Counted from the first letter of the stretch, positions 11,701 through 22,450 are shown. The stretch: 64,000 nucleotides of DNA from Diplonema japonicum (GCA_964019335.1 OZ025677.1:496001-560000); one strand, 5' to 3'. Program-made: numbers and translations. Notes: a model not told the origin generated them from the sequence alone.

Positions 11701-13728
11701 AGAGGTGCAGCTCACGAAATTTTGGAAGAGGCCCAGGTTGAGCGTCGAGGCATGACTTGTTACTGAGCCGGTCGTTCTCGTCTTCACGAATCCCTTCTCA
11801 GCATATGTAATCACATATCCACCAAACACGTTCTTCTGAACGTCTGTGAGGTTCTTGCATTGCCTTGCCCCTGTGCACAACAAGGTAACAATCTCAAGCG
11901 CGGACAGTACTTCCGCATCGAGCATCCTCTTCACCGTCTGCTTTGCGAATATGGTCACATCGGACTCTCTTGTGTCGGGGGTCGAGAGGTTGTATATCAG
12001 TACCCTTCCGCACCATGTGCACCAGCTTGACATCCACATCCCTCTGCCCCACGTCATGCTGAGAGTGAAGAGAGCTTCGAGGTGGAACAGCAGTTTCGCC
12101 TTTGAGAACCGCGACACGTGAAGCACTTCCGACAGAAGGCATTGCACAACAGGTCCCTTTACGTCTGATTCTTCCTTTCTGATGCGCACGTTAATCCACT
12201 TCAGAATAGCTGAAGCCCTTGAGGGCTCGGAGGTCGATCTTGCCGCGCAGCTCCACAATGCTTCCAAGACAGAGACACGAGTACGCGGGTCACGTGTGTT
12301 CAGCAGTTCCCTCAAGGGCCCCTCAGACACGGTTATGTCAGCAAAGCTCATAACCCCCGCCTTCTCCGTCCATGTAAGCTTCGTCTTGAATGACGCATCC
12401 TCCATCCAGTCTTTCATCACGGGGTTCATAACGTGTAAGGGAACGTGCTGCCACAGATCCGCATTGCAATCCTTGATGATCTTTTCAACAGCAGCCTTGT
12501 TCGAAGGGTCCGAGAAGTAAGCCGTGAAACCCTCATGAAGGGTAGGGTCCGGGGTTTCTCCTGCGTAGTACTTGAGGTCGATTCTGGAGTCGTTTTGTTG
12601 TTGAAACTGCCTCGCTACGAAACGGGTCGCGGCCTCCAAAGAGGGCGAGAATGTGAAGCTGTGTTTCTTGCTCTTGGCGACGATCTCGGTGAATGTCATC
12701 GGTGGTGTCTCGCTCCTGCTGATGGTGTCCGTTAGGATGTCGGAGATTAAAGGGTCGCGTCCGCCGCATTTCAACAGTTGAAGAAACATGTCCTGCAGCT
12801 TCATCAGAACTGCTCTGTCAAGCTCCCTGTTGTCGCTGAGAACTCTAGATATAATTTCCAGGACCTGCCCACGGTGCTGCGGGTTGAAAACGACCTTCTT
12901 CAAGCATTTTAAATAATGGAGGGACATGAAGTGGGTCAGTTCCGACAGTGTCTGCAGGGTCCCCTGCGCGGCATGCCTGACAAGCGGCTTCGCCAACAAT
13001 TTCACCGCGAGTTTGTGCTGCCCGTGTTTTTTAAAGAACAACAAGAGCTCTTCGGGCCGCTTCGCGGCCAGCTCCTTGCTTGCTCTGAACCATTTTGAAT
13101 CGAAGTCGGTGTTGTTTTCCAGGTCCTTTTCCATCACGCGAAGCATGGTGTCGGGGTACCTCGCTGACAGAGACTGGTAAATGGGTTCCAGCCTTGAAAG
13201 CCTGTCGTCGATTCCGTTCTTCTCCGTTGGGATGAGTTCTGTGAGGTTAGAAAGCTTCGCAATCCATTCGCCAACTAGGCGTTCATGGGACGGTGAGGTT
13301 GTAGACCGCTTTAAGAGGAGCAATGCCTCCCAAGGCCCGAGGGACGGGGATTCCGTGATTTTTGTTAGGATGTCGTGGGTCGCGATTTTCATTGATTTCA
13401 ACACAACAGGGCGGACGTGGAGGGGCACGGTATTGTCGAAGAGAAGCGAAGCCGTTTTCTCTTGGTCAAGCTTCCCCAGCGCCTGCACTGCCCGCGCTCT
13501 CAAAACACAGGAATCCGTTTTCCGTGCAAGGTTCTCCAGTGCATTCGACTGGCGACCGGCCATCGCCATGACAATACCGTAGTGGCCCACCCAGGTACCT
13601 GCGTCCTCCAGTTTTGAAAGGAATTGTGTAACTTCTACGTCGCCGCTTTTCCCCAACACGGCTGACTTTTCCATTCTGCAATCGTGGCCTTGAAGCTCTC
13701 TCAGGACGAATTCTAATGGGCAGGCCAT
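8758..13728 (-). CDS. Large hypothetical protein, 1656 aa, probably alpha-solenoid (ARM/HEAT-like)
   Basis: 4.97-kb uninterrupted ORF free of long homopolymers, Leu/Ala-rich amphipathic pattern, ATG after an A-rich run; no catalytic motif recognised. Confidence 0.9.
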   Translation of the reverse strand: MACPLEFVLRELQGHDCRMEKSAVLGKSGDVEVTQFLSKLEDAGTWVGHYGIVMAMAGRQSNALENLARKTDSCVLRARAVQALGKLDQEKTASLLFDNTVPLHVRPVVLKSMKIATHDILTKITESPSLGPWEALLLLKRSTTSPSHERLVGEWIAKLSNLTELIPTEKNGIDDRLSRLEPIYQSLSARYPDTMLRVMEKDLENNTDFDSKWFRASKELAAKRPEELLLFFKKHGQHKLAVKLLAKPLVRHAAQGTLQTLSELTHFMSLHYLKCLKKVVFNPQHRGQVLEIISRVLSDNRELDRAVLMKLQDMFLQLLKCGGRDPLISDILTDTISRSETPPMTFTEIVAKSKKHSFTFSPSLEAATRFVARQFQQQNDSRIDLKYYAGETPDPTLHEGFTAYFSDPSNKAAVEKIIKDCNADLWQHVPLHVMNPVMKDWMEDASFKTKLTWTEKAGVMSFADITVSEGPLRELLNTRDPRTRVSVLEALWSCAARSTSEPSRASAILKWINVRIRKEESDVKGPVVQCLLSEVLHVSRFSKAKLLFHLEALFTLSMTWGRGMWMSSWCTWCGRVLIYNLSTPDTRESDVTIFAKQTVKRMLDAEVLSALEIVTLLCTGARQCKNLTDVQKNVFGGYVITYAEKGFVKTRTTGSVTSHASTLNLGLFQNFVSCTSGIFFQSTDLRGFAEDLLWDAQLDIPEVAKRFLTETVDVEVFNWRFWRSMVTGAMREMQKNIGHFLSWWNVMNSISRFVTINFSNKSVLFKNPDNAAYLVEVSDVIQAVVNHGHYSLTTGYHELFKALIKVLHLVPEVEEGLLGIMQISPSVSYITYIGRPSDLITSTIFRAALDAIEKPDVKALDVLLLCDAEGYGILGTTRYKNGNNRTKKEVRFRYQRGAAADKRRTATVQKKLESVEKAKNAPDLQLERALVDLIKRLPKPTLNHVSHIRSLLFKLLAHKAISSTRLEVIKALLHVVSTARPRDRCHVFDIPDTIPEIVAFIRKNATARIADAAVRGLLCNRKKWKGRLRSMLTEGIGKLTPSELFKCSTTFQSKVCRYYPETLPTLIGESSRFEIPGIVSSCVPEGTQRFRGQPVVVVDCIHTLPPDVQRYLWDYWISPGMMDFSGVSKEVPEIDMSGYSSDTETICEYQSKKIHEAKARRIWLASALSVDLCDSETGKHPFEEYLDSIEESRERTKKLSRAQRNTKSAELLQEESISHDATQLAGEIISSMRTADRPRTFALRAVLAHLNAGLDVKQAVPALVALLRCLPTTEAAKVMRTVLERKETRAAARTQLASCCVNLVEPSDTEAFLEEMFKTDEALWVVVGDEQQEQEGDTAEPYISAKAAILSALATSPTLKAIPSLTRYLLPISEDITHKNVYIGKRILEQVLMCNGGYPLCGEDWLPVFAAKFCEVKWVRNTALNVLNNWLKLMRRDDKVVGKETINEVVQALCTHGNTAELTNMVVALGRFRKGLLSDMIQTKVDVLRASRSDPEVSLKNVLETRRAIRKFFHGEKMPVCSQECEHAVEALLSNTDTACFAFPLISCCYQSTDLEAALKHMARAARRCGVQTLFSESSCFQKLDLELLHSIRVTDFDDLEKQVYLAAVTHCSKRQGFEGQVTSLLLDPSPEVASVAFDLAPLFARPIGSISVYFG

Positions 13729-13832
13729 TTTCTTTTTTTTTTTTTTGCGTTATGTTTGGTGCCTTTATGTAGGAATGGTCTTGTTCTTTTTTTTTTTTTT
13801 TTTTCAAAATAAAAAAAAAAAGAAGAAGTTAA

Positions 13833-15491
13833 CCCTTAAACGCCCAACTGCTTCTGTAGAAGCAGTTAATAGGTGTAATTGTTCTGTGGTCATCTAGACC
13901 AAAGCCTCGGATCGGTTTTCATAAAAATGGAAAGATATATATATGAGTTAAAGGAAGTCTTTGTGAGACGCCCCCTTGTGCCCAGATATTGAAAATCTGC
14001 GTTAAATGCGCTATTTGTATCCATCTGAAACCTCATAACTTCATCCCAGAACGGGGTGCCGAGACACTGGGCGACACCAAAAATGGGCATTTTCCGGATT
14101 TTCATGATTTTTCCCCTCTTTTTTTTTTTTTCCCGAGTCTAGCCTTATCAAAATCAGCATGCCAGCACACAACGGGAGCAGTTCCCGTCGACCTGCAATG
14201 TTCATATGGGTTAAATCCACCTCTCTACCTCAATCCTCGTTTCTTTTTTATTTACCAGGACCGCGATGACGATGTAGTTATGGGTCCGGTTGGGATTCTA
14301 CGAAACAGGTGGCCCACCGTTCTGGAGAACGGATAGTTTTTTTTGTAGTCGGGGATGCACTCGTTCTTCGTCGCCCCAGTGGCACCTCCCGCAGTCCGGC
14401 GGTTCAGAGGCTGGCAACGGTCCTGCGAGCAGACGCTGCTGCAGCGTTCCACGAGCAGCAATCGCAAGCCTTGCAGTCTGCCTGTGTCCTCGCCGCCGTG
14501 CACTTCTTCTCCGCGTACATCACCCGTCCATCCACAGTCGCTGCTCACCGCGGAGCTCCCTGGGTCGGGTACGTGTCCATGGACACCGAGTTCTCGCAGT
14601 CCCAGGCGCAGTTCGCTCTTGCACGCCGCCGCGTCCGTCGTCACTGTGCACGTTGCGACCGACTTGCACACGGGCGTCCACCGCCGTGTCCCTCTGGGCA
14701 GTCTGCATTCGGCGCCTTCAACCACTTCTCCCGCACGAAGATCGCTCCACAGGGCTTCGGGTCGCATTTGGTCCCGTCCCACTTGCACAGGAGGTTCGGG
14801 TCGCTCGTGCAGGCCCTCTGGTCGATCGTCCCCATCGTCGTCGGGTTCGGTCCCAGCCCGGGGTACTCGTGGTGTGCTTCGTGGTCACACGGGAAACGGA
14901 TGGCCTGGTGTGGAAACCAGCACTGGTGAACCACCGATCCCAGACGATGACCAGCATAACGGAGCATGCATGGTAAAGAACCTCCACCCCTGGGATGACC
15001 CCCCGGGTAAGCGGAAGTCCAGAAATGCTCAGCACGATGCGGAACGTCAGCCTTCCCGGCCAACGCCAAACCGAGAGTGCATACCTCTGGCACCTTGGAC
15101 ACAGCTACGGCACGAGGTCTCTTCTCCTCGAACCAAATTGCCTCCCTGCCTTGCACAACTCCATGTAAATGTTTCTCGCCCAGATGCCGTCCATCTCATT
15201 GCGACAAACAGTCACCGCAGGCACCAGAACAGTGAACACCCCCATGCACACTGAGATTTTAGCGAGTTTCGCATGCAGAAAAGCAAATGAACTCATGGCA
15301 TCCGGTCGATGCACCTCCATGGGTCGAAAAACACTAAATATTTAGTGGAATGAACCAAGTCTTTCAAATGCGTACCTCGAATCAAAAAATAACCTCAAGA
15401 CTCAGCATGTTTGACCCAATGCCAACAAAGACCCAAAATCGAAAACTTTCGAAAATCAATTACCCCCCCCCCCCCCCTGGGCGTCTAAGGG
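13833..15491. mobile_element. Non-autonomous piggyBac-type element (1659 bp) with captured gene fragment
   Basis: TTAA|CCCTTAAACGCCCA ... TGGGCGTCTAAGGG|TTAA: 14-bp TIR with one mismatch and TTAA on both sides; no transposase motif seen inside. Confidence 0.8.
14350..14850 (-). pseudogene. Frameshifted fragment of a Cys-rich repeat (surface-type) protein inside the piggyBac-type element
   Basis: GC-rich; pieces in different frames read DQRACTSDPNLLCKWDGTKCDPKPCGAIF, TPVCKSVATCTVTTDAAACKS and DCGWTG (periodic C-x-W-D/T pattern). Confidence 0.6.
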
Positions 15492-15584
15492 TTAAAAATT
15501 TAAAAAATCGTGGTGGGGGGGGGGGGGGGGGCATTCATCCCTTTTTCCCCCGTTTCTTTTCTCTTCTTCCTTTTTATTTTTCTA

Positions 15585-16542
15585 AAGGGGGGGGCCCGAA
15601 TAACTCCCTCCCAAATAATGTGTTTTTTCCCAAATAATTCTTTTTTTTTTCGGGGATTTTTCCGCTCCAAATTTCCCAAATAATTCCCGACCTCTTTCTT
15701 TTTTTTTGGGGGGGAACCGGGGGGTGAGGGGGTCATGGTAGTCGTGCAACTGGCAGTATTGTGAGGCTGCTTACGCAAGTAAGAGTGCTGGCCCGGCGAG
15801 CTACGAGGGCAAAAACCCCATTTTCTTCTAGAAGATGAGAAATATATTATAGTGCGACATGATCAGACTGGAACGGCCGCCCCGGGGCATCCTCTGCTCA
15901 ACCCGGCGGACGTGGGGCCTTCTTCGGAAGGTGCCAGTCGCTTGATCAGTGCCGTCGAATGCGCGCTATATTTTATTAGTACAAATATAACAATCGATTG
16001 AAAAGGAAAAGTACGTTTTGTGAGGCTGCTTCCGTGTGGCACCGGCGGTTCAGACCTACCACCATTTTGAGGGGTTAGGGGGCTGCGGCATGCCCCAAGC
16101 AGCCGAGGCGGGACGTTGGTGATGACTGCAGCAGAGCGCCGAATCAACGTGGCACTGTGGGTAGGGCAGGCACATGAGAAAGGTCATGCAACTGCTCGAC
16201 ACCTTTAGCTGTATGCGGTCTCGCGGCTACCTTCCAGGTGTTCCGAGGAGCGAGGAGACATACAGCTAAGAGCACTTAGCGAAGTAAGCACTTTGAAGGG
16301 GTCGGGCTTTAGACAGTGCAGCACAGAACGTAGTTGCGGGTGTTACAATGGACACTGCACCTGACGAGACTCCAGCAGCCTCCCAAACCCTTGCAGCTTC
16401 TCAAGCCCCGACAGTTTCTCAAGCCTCTCAGACCCCTGCAACCTCCCAGCCAAAACCAGGCGGTCGGTCTGCAACGTTTGTGGGTTCTCCACAGCCTCCC
16501 CCCCCTCCACTGCCCAAATAAAGGGATTATTCGGGGGGCCCC

Positions 16543-16544
<2 letters not shown>
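15585..16544 (+). mobile_element. Degenerate pogo-like (Tc1/mariner superfamily) DNA transposon, 960 bp
   Basis: TA|AAGGGG..CCCGAATAACTCCC ... GGGATTATTCGGGGGGCCCCTT|TA; internal TAAERRINVALWVGQAHEK resembles the post-catalytic segment of DDE_1 transposases. Confidence 0.6.
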
Positions 16545-16574
<30 letters not shown>

Positions 16575-16590
16575 TAAGAAAAAAAGTCGG

Positions 16591-16804
16591 TGTTTAAAGG
16601 TCAAATCACTCTTGAGGGCCACCTAGCTTGGTGCCTCGCTTTCGTCTCAGCGTCTTACGCAGCCGGTTGAGAAGGGGTTTCAATCTCGCTTTGCTGCACT
16701 CCTCAACAGGTAGGCCACCATACATTCCTTTCCTCCTTCCATGGCCTATTGGTTTCCGAGGTCGGCCCTTGTCTCCAATTCACGGCCGAAACTTCCCTTC
16801 ATAC
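16591..16804 (-). mobile_element. Probable 5'-truncated retro-insertion of another family
   Basis: High-complexity island between A-rich runs; its left end TGTTTAAAGGTCAAATC recurs at 31250. Confidence 0.4.
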
Positions 16805-16831
16805 AAAAAAAGGAAAAGAAATAAGAAATAA

Positions 16832-17280
16832 AAAAGGTAGGATAGATGGTTAAAGAAGGGGCCGAAAAGATCTTTTCAGAAAAAAAAAAAAAAATAGACA
16901 AAAGGTTAAAACTGTGATGTAAGGTACTTCCATGAGGCAATTAACTGTTTTCCTTGCATGCTAGCAACCCGCAGGGGCTCATTAATCGGAATACAACACA
17001 GCACATCCTCCCCTTGCAACTCATGTTTAAAGAAGAGATACTTAAAGTTTTATGATTTCCTTTTTTGCCATTTTTTTTTCCCACCCCTTTTTCTTTCTAT
17101 GGACATGTTGTGCGAATGGACAAAAGAGGGGGAGGGGAGGGGGGAAACCAATGTTGGCTGAAAAGGGAGAAGAATTTGTTAATAAAAAAAAAAAAGAGAG
17201 GAAGAAAAAAGAAGAAGAAAAAAAGTGTAAATGAGAGGAAGTAAAATAAGGGGGGGGAGAATACATGAGTCAAATAAAAT
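16832..17280. repeat. Diverged direct duplication of 20231-20551
   Basis: Shared blocks GGCCGAAAAGATCTTTTCAGAAAAA, CTGTGATGTAAGGTACTTCCA, TGGACATGTTGTGCGAATGGACAAAA and AAACCAATGTTGGCTGAAAAGGGAGAA in the same order. Confidence 0.9.
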
Positions 17281-17622
17281 AATAAAAACGAAGTGGTTAG
17301 CAACTGCCTACATTAATGTAGACCTTGCCAGGAGTCTTCTTCTGCAGTGTGCACTGCCGGTTTTTCGCATCTGGCACAATAGCCAGACGTGTGTGCCTTC
17401 TCGCATGACGGCAGGACGCATTCGTCCTTTTCGCCCGCGCACTAACTTCCCGTAGGACACAGCTGCAGGAGGCTGGCGTCGAAGTTGCTCAGGTAAAATG
17501 TTTTTGTTTGTGCACAGCCGGGGACAAGCCCAACTATACCACTACTCTTTTTAGCAAATAAACAATTCATTATCAATATACTGTTTTTCTTGTTCAGGCA
17601 AAAAAAAAAAAAAAAAAACAAC

Positions 17623-18396
17623 AACTATTTATTTAGTGAAAATAAGATCGTATGATTTTCACGCGTGGTGGCAGTGGTTTAACGAGTGGGTATATGACTT
17701 CACGAGCGAAGCGAGTGCAGTCATGAATGTCTACTTCACGAGCGAAGCGAGTGAAGTAACATCAACGAGTTAAACATGCCACCACAAGTGAAAATCGGAT
17801 CTATTTTCACTAAATCCGTTGTTTTATTTAACGTCAGTCAGATTTGAAAGGGTGGGGTATTACAAGTTACAAGTTACAAGATACAAATTTTACTGGGGGT
17901 GCTTATGGTTGATATTGATTGTCAAGGCATATCCTGTGTGGTGCGGGCTGTGCGTCCATGGGTGCTGACAGGACCTCGGTCTGGACCTGTGGGGCTGCTG
18001 CCTGGGTTGCTGAGGTTGCCCCACTAGCAGCTGTCACCGCTGCTGGCTTGCCAAGCCCACCTCTCTCCCCTTCTGTTGAGAGGCGACCAGATCCTTGAGT
18101 GACGTAAAAAGTGAGATTCCCAGATTCGAACCGGGGTTTCCAAAACAAGGGGCTTGTGTGGTAACCACTTAGGTGATTCCTTTTCCGTGTTTTCGCCCCC
18201 GACCCCTCGCTGTGCAGTGAAAATTGGGCAAGCGTGAATATAAAGTACTTTATATTCACTCATATAAAGTACTTTTCATTTCTGCCCCTGTTTTCTTCCT
18301 AAAACAAGCCTGAAATCTGCAATGAAAATAAAGTGAAGCGTGAAATAATGTGAAATATTATATTCACTCCCACCCTTGAAAATCTGACTGGAGTTA

Positions 18397-18400
<4 letters not shown>
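17623..18400 (-). mobile_element. Crypton-like non-autonomous element, family A copy 1
   Basis: Near-identical to 37806-38574; long palindrome 17632-17813 with two CACGAGCGAAGCGAGTG motifs; inverted pair 17835-17856 / 18369-18390. Confidence 0.75.
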
Positions 18401-18438
<38 letters not shown>

Positions 18439-18440
18439 GA

Positions 18441-20207
18441 GACATTTAAGGGTACCTGCGGTATGTGACAGGACGCCTGAAGAGTCTCAATCTATCTTTT
18501 GATCGAACCTTTCTGTTGTGGTGTGGCCTTCGGCCCCTCGTTCACCCTCCTCGGTACCTTAGGTATGAAACCCTCAACCGAGTTGGTAAGGACACAATAG
18601 TTGTACAGTTGTTTCTCAAGGATGTGGCGGGTCGCCGGGGAGGCGAATACCGGTCTAGAGGAGTAGCCCCTTATGGAGCCGTTGTAGTAACCCAACTAGG
18701 GAGTGGACAGAGTCTACCGAAGCAGCTGGAATGAGGGGCGCTATGCGCTTATTGGTGTGGATGCGTTCTAGTGCCGCTATCACCCGGCCTATGACACGCG
18801 CGCTCTCCTGGATGTCCTCACCCTCTCCACAAGGCGAGAGTCCCTCTGTGGCAATGAAGTCTACGGCCAGCTCAAGCCTGGAGACCTGTCCACCTGTTGT
18901 GCCCCAGTGAAGGGCCGAGAGCCATCGGATGACGTGCGGGAACAGCCGCGGGAGGTACTGCTGCCTCAAACCGTTGTCGTAGTACCACCTCAGTGACCGC
19001 GGCTTGAGCAAACACCCCTTCTCGAAGGGCCTGTTCCACAAGTGAACACTGAAGTCCACTGTCTTCTTTCGTGCAAAGGCGAGCTGCAAGTTGCCAGTAA
19101 TTTCCGCCATCATTAGCTGTAACTCAGCTGTTTCCAGCACGAGCCCCCCCGTCGCAATGCCATGCAGTTGTGTGCACCGGGGCCACTGGTTACGTTGTGC
19201 GCATAGTGCCGCCCGCTTCTCGGATGCTGTCCTGATGTGCTCGTGTGCCTGGCAGTCCCAGGGTGTGCTCCAGGAGCCTTGACGTATGTTGCGAAATGTC
19301 GAAAGTAGCGTCGCATCCCATGCATTTCGTCCGCCCCCCGACCGTGTCGTTGATGACCTTGGGATGGAACGGGAAAACGGCCCCCACAATCACCTGTAGC
19401 ACCCTTCGAGCTTTGGGCGGATTTCGGGTCGCCAGGTGCAAGTGTAGCTCGTTGGTGGCCTTCTCGTCGATGTTGCCCGTCCCCTGAAAGGAGGGTCTGC
19501 TCTCTTCTAGGGCCGTTCGCAGGTGGACCTTCAGGAGCTTCCTGACCTCGTGCTTCAGGGCCCTCGGCTCCAGGGGTACCCATTGCCGCGCGAACTGCGC
19601 CCAGCTGGACCCCAGTTCCCCCAGCAGTTCGTGGGTCTGTCCGAGCATCCCGCAAGGGCCGAGGGGGTTCCCGCCCCGGGCAGCTTCCTTGTACTTGTCC
19701 CTGCACTTCTTAACGAGTGCCCTGGACCCTTCGTCGCTTTGCATCATTCGCGCAAACGTCGTGATTCTGCGGTATGCGGCTGCAGAATAAGGGTCCAGCC
19801 TGTGACCTTTGAAAGCCACCCCAAGGAGGGCTCCCGACGAGCGAGTCGGGTTGTGTGGGCCCCATATGCAAGAGGTAATCTTCTTCCTGAGGGAGTCCAG
19901 AAGCGAGTCCGTGGGCGGTGTGTAGAGCACTCCGTAGAGCGCCGCTGGGAGGATGCAGTCCTCTATCAGTAGAGCCTTACGCGATCTCGTGATGTGGGTT
20001 ACCGCGAGCCTGTCGACCGCATCCAGCGCCGTGGCGAACCTGGTGTTCTTCGTTCTGGTGGGCTGCAAGCACACTGTGCACCCCAGCATAGTGATGCTTT
20101 TCACTGTTTCAAATACGGTGTCCCTCATTGCCAGCTTGCCTCTGTACCCCTTCTTGGTGCTGAAGGCTTTAGTCTTCCCCGGGTGTACCGACATGTTCGT
20201 CGGCGTT
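18441..20207 (-). mobile_element. 5'-truncated, frameshifted non-LTR retrotransposon (end of RT/thumb, Zn finger, C-terminal domain)
   Basis: SVHPGKTK...KSITMLG and ILPAALYG resemble the RT C-terminus/thumb; CMGC...EHTLG(C) Zn finger; WPRCTQLHGI; W..W..SRLELAVDF domain; last frame ends QKGSIKR*. Confidence 0.85.
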
Positions 20208-20230
20208 AAAAAAAAAAATAATAAAAAAAA

Positions 20231-20551
20231 TAAGGTAGGATAGAAAAAAGATGGCCGAAAAGATCTTTTCAGAAAAAGACAACAGGTTAAAACCTGTGAT
20301 GTAAGGTACTTCCACGCAACATAGTGAGAAAGGCAAAAAAAACAGTGAATGAGGCTGTTGACTGTGGACATGTTGTGCGAATGGACAAAAAAAAAAGGGG
20401 GTGGGGGAAAACCAATGTTGGCTGAAAAGGGAGAAAGTTTTGTAATAAAAAAAGAGAGGAAGAAAAAAAGAAAAAGAAAGTGTAAATGAGTGAGGAAGTA
20501 AAGGGGGAAAAGAGGTGGGGGGGGGGGGGGGAGAATATATGAGTAAAAATA
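20231..20551. repeat. Diverged direct duplication of 16832-17280
   Basis: Same ordered blocks as 16832-17280; differences concentrated in homopolymer length plus one larger indel. Confidence 0.9.
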
Positions 20552-21389
20552 AGGTCATTCCGACTATGTTCCCTTAAAAAAGAAAAAAGAAAAAAAAAAG
20601 TCGCTGATTGTTTGTGCAAAGCCGGCACTGAAATGTGCAAAGCCGTTTCACCCACTGTAGGGATAATAAACGGCAAGCTGTCTCAAAGCCTTTTCGCAGT
20701 AACAATTATTTTCAAAGTTTGTTAACTTGTTTCAGCAAAAAAAAAAAAAAAAGAAATAAAGGAAAAAAGAAATAAGAGAGGGAGGAAATAAAAAAAAAAC
20801 CTCATGTCATGTTGTCACCGTTCTGGTGTCGTACGAGTAGGGTGATTTGGCTCGAGGAGAAAAAAAGTTTTGATTAAGGTTTATTATTTTTTATTTATTT
20901 GAAAAAAAGAAAATCACGAAAAGTGAGAGTGAAATAACCCTGTTCTTTGGCAAAGGCGGGAAAGAGGGCGTAGGCAGAAAGTGCAAGGCACCAGTTTCGC
21001 ACCTATCATTCCGACCCCTGTCCAAAGAAAAGTTTTAAAAACAGAAGTGAGTAAAACAAGCAGAAGTTATCGTAGTTGAAAGAAAAGAAAAAAAAAGGGG
21101 GGGGAAGGATATCAGTTGCCTGCAAAAGAAATGAGAAAAGGGAACAAAAGAAAATATAAGGGCCAGTGTTCGTGGCGTCCTACGAGCTTTGTTTCCCTCG
21201 CTAAATCTGTGAAATCCCAACCTAAAAAAGAAAAGAAGAAGAAAAAGAAAATAAAAGATAAAGGAGGCCAGTGTTTGGTCGCTCTGCACAAGCACTGTCT
21301 ACTTGATTATAGGGCAACAAAGAAAGAAAGATATATGAGTTAAAGGAGCTGCTTTTTGGATGGGGAAAAAAGAAAAAAAATATATATAA

Positions 21390-21708
21390 GAGTTAAAGGA
21401 GGCCGGTGTTGGCGGCGCCCTGCACAAGAACTGTCTACTTGATTACAGGGGGCGCACCGCGGCCGAGTTGTAGCTTCTTCTGCGTTCCGCGTCGTGTCCT
21501 TAATGCTTGCGGTGTACAGCTCAACCCTAGCCGGTGCGTCCCGGGTAACCAAGATTCTGCGCTCGTGCAGTTTGCTGCCTGTTCGTCACCCTGAGCATCT
21601 GCATTATGTTCTTCCACTCGGGCGCTACCGGTGATGACCGACGAGGAGGTCAACAGCGAACAACACATCTAATGTTTTTCTTATATTTTCATGTTATCCC
21701 CACCACCT
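21390..21708 (-). mobile_element. ~320-bp SINE-like repeat (GAGTTAAAGGAG-end subfamily)
   Basis: Body nearly identical to 21758-22084 and 59151-59477 from CTACTTGATTACAGGGGGCGC to TTATCCCCACCACCT; A-rich flanks on plus strand. Confidence 0.85.
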
Positions 21709-21757
21709 GAAGAAAGAAAAAAAGAAAAAAAGAAAAAAAAGAACAAAAAAAAAAAAA

Positions 21758-22084
21758 TGGGGCTTTGATTGCAACACTAGGTGGCGTTAAGCGTGCAATG
21801 AAGCATGAACTACCTACTTGATTACAGGGGGCGCTCCTCGGCCGAGCAGTAGCTTCTTCTGCGTTCCGCGTCGTGTCCTTAATGCGTGCGGTGTGCTCAA
21901 CCCTAGCCGGGGCGTCCCGGGTAACCAAGATTCTGCGCTCGTGCAGTTTGCTGCCTGTTCGTCACCCTGAGCATCTGCGTTACGTTCTACCACTCGGGCG
22001 CTACCGGTGATGACCGACGAGGAGGTCAACAGCGAACAACACATCTGATGTACTTCTTATATTTCCATGTTATCCCCACCACCT
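21758..22084 (-). mobile_element. ~327-bp SINE-like repeat (TGGGGCTTTGATTGC-end subfamily)
   Basis: Near-identical over its full length to 59151-59477; poly(A) on both sides (plus strand). Confidence 0.9.
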
Positions 22085-22279
22085 TAAAAAAAAAAAAAAA
22101 AAAAAAAGAGACAAAAAGAATGTGACAAGAAAGAAAAAAAGAATCTTTTTTTTTCACAGGGCGCTACCAACTGGCCTATTCGTATTTTCTTTTTTTTTCT
22201 CTTTTCATTCTTATTTTCTTTTTTCTTTGTAAAACCAAAAAAAAGCCAAAAGATCCTGAACAAAAAAAAAAAAAAATCC

Positions 22280-22450
22280 CCTCCCCCCTGGGGCTATGTT
22301 CCTTATGTTTCAGATAAATAAGAAACGCGTTACCTTCTCAGAGGAATCTTGTTCCCTTAAGGAAACTGTACCGTTTCCGTTTCCATGATTTTCAAAAGAA
22401 AAGCTTGGAAACGAGTTTCCTTGCCAACATAGCCTCCCCCCCCTTGAGGG
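22280..22450. mobile_element. Small MITE-like element with GGCTATGTT/AACATAGCC inverted ends
   Basis: CCTCCCCCCTGGGGCTATGTT ... AACATAGCC; 22402-22440 is the reverse complement of 23896-23934. Confidence 0.5.

Noticed and set aside
17903-18263. ORFs duplicated at 38077-38437 as a host gene pair
   Set aside because: They lie inside the repeated family A element; identity reflects recent copying.
22000-22060. Hammerhead or HDV ribozyme in the SINE-like repeat
   Set aside because: GTGATGA and CTGATGT occur but I could not build the CUGANGA/GAAA core with its stems by eye.
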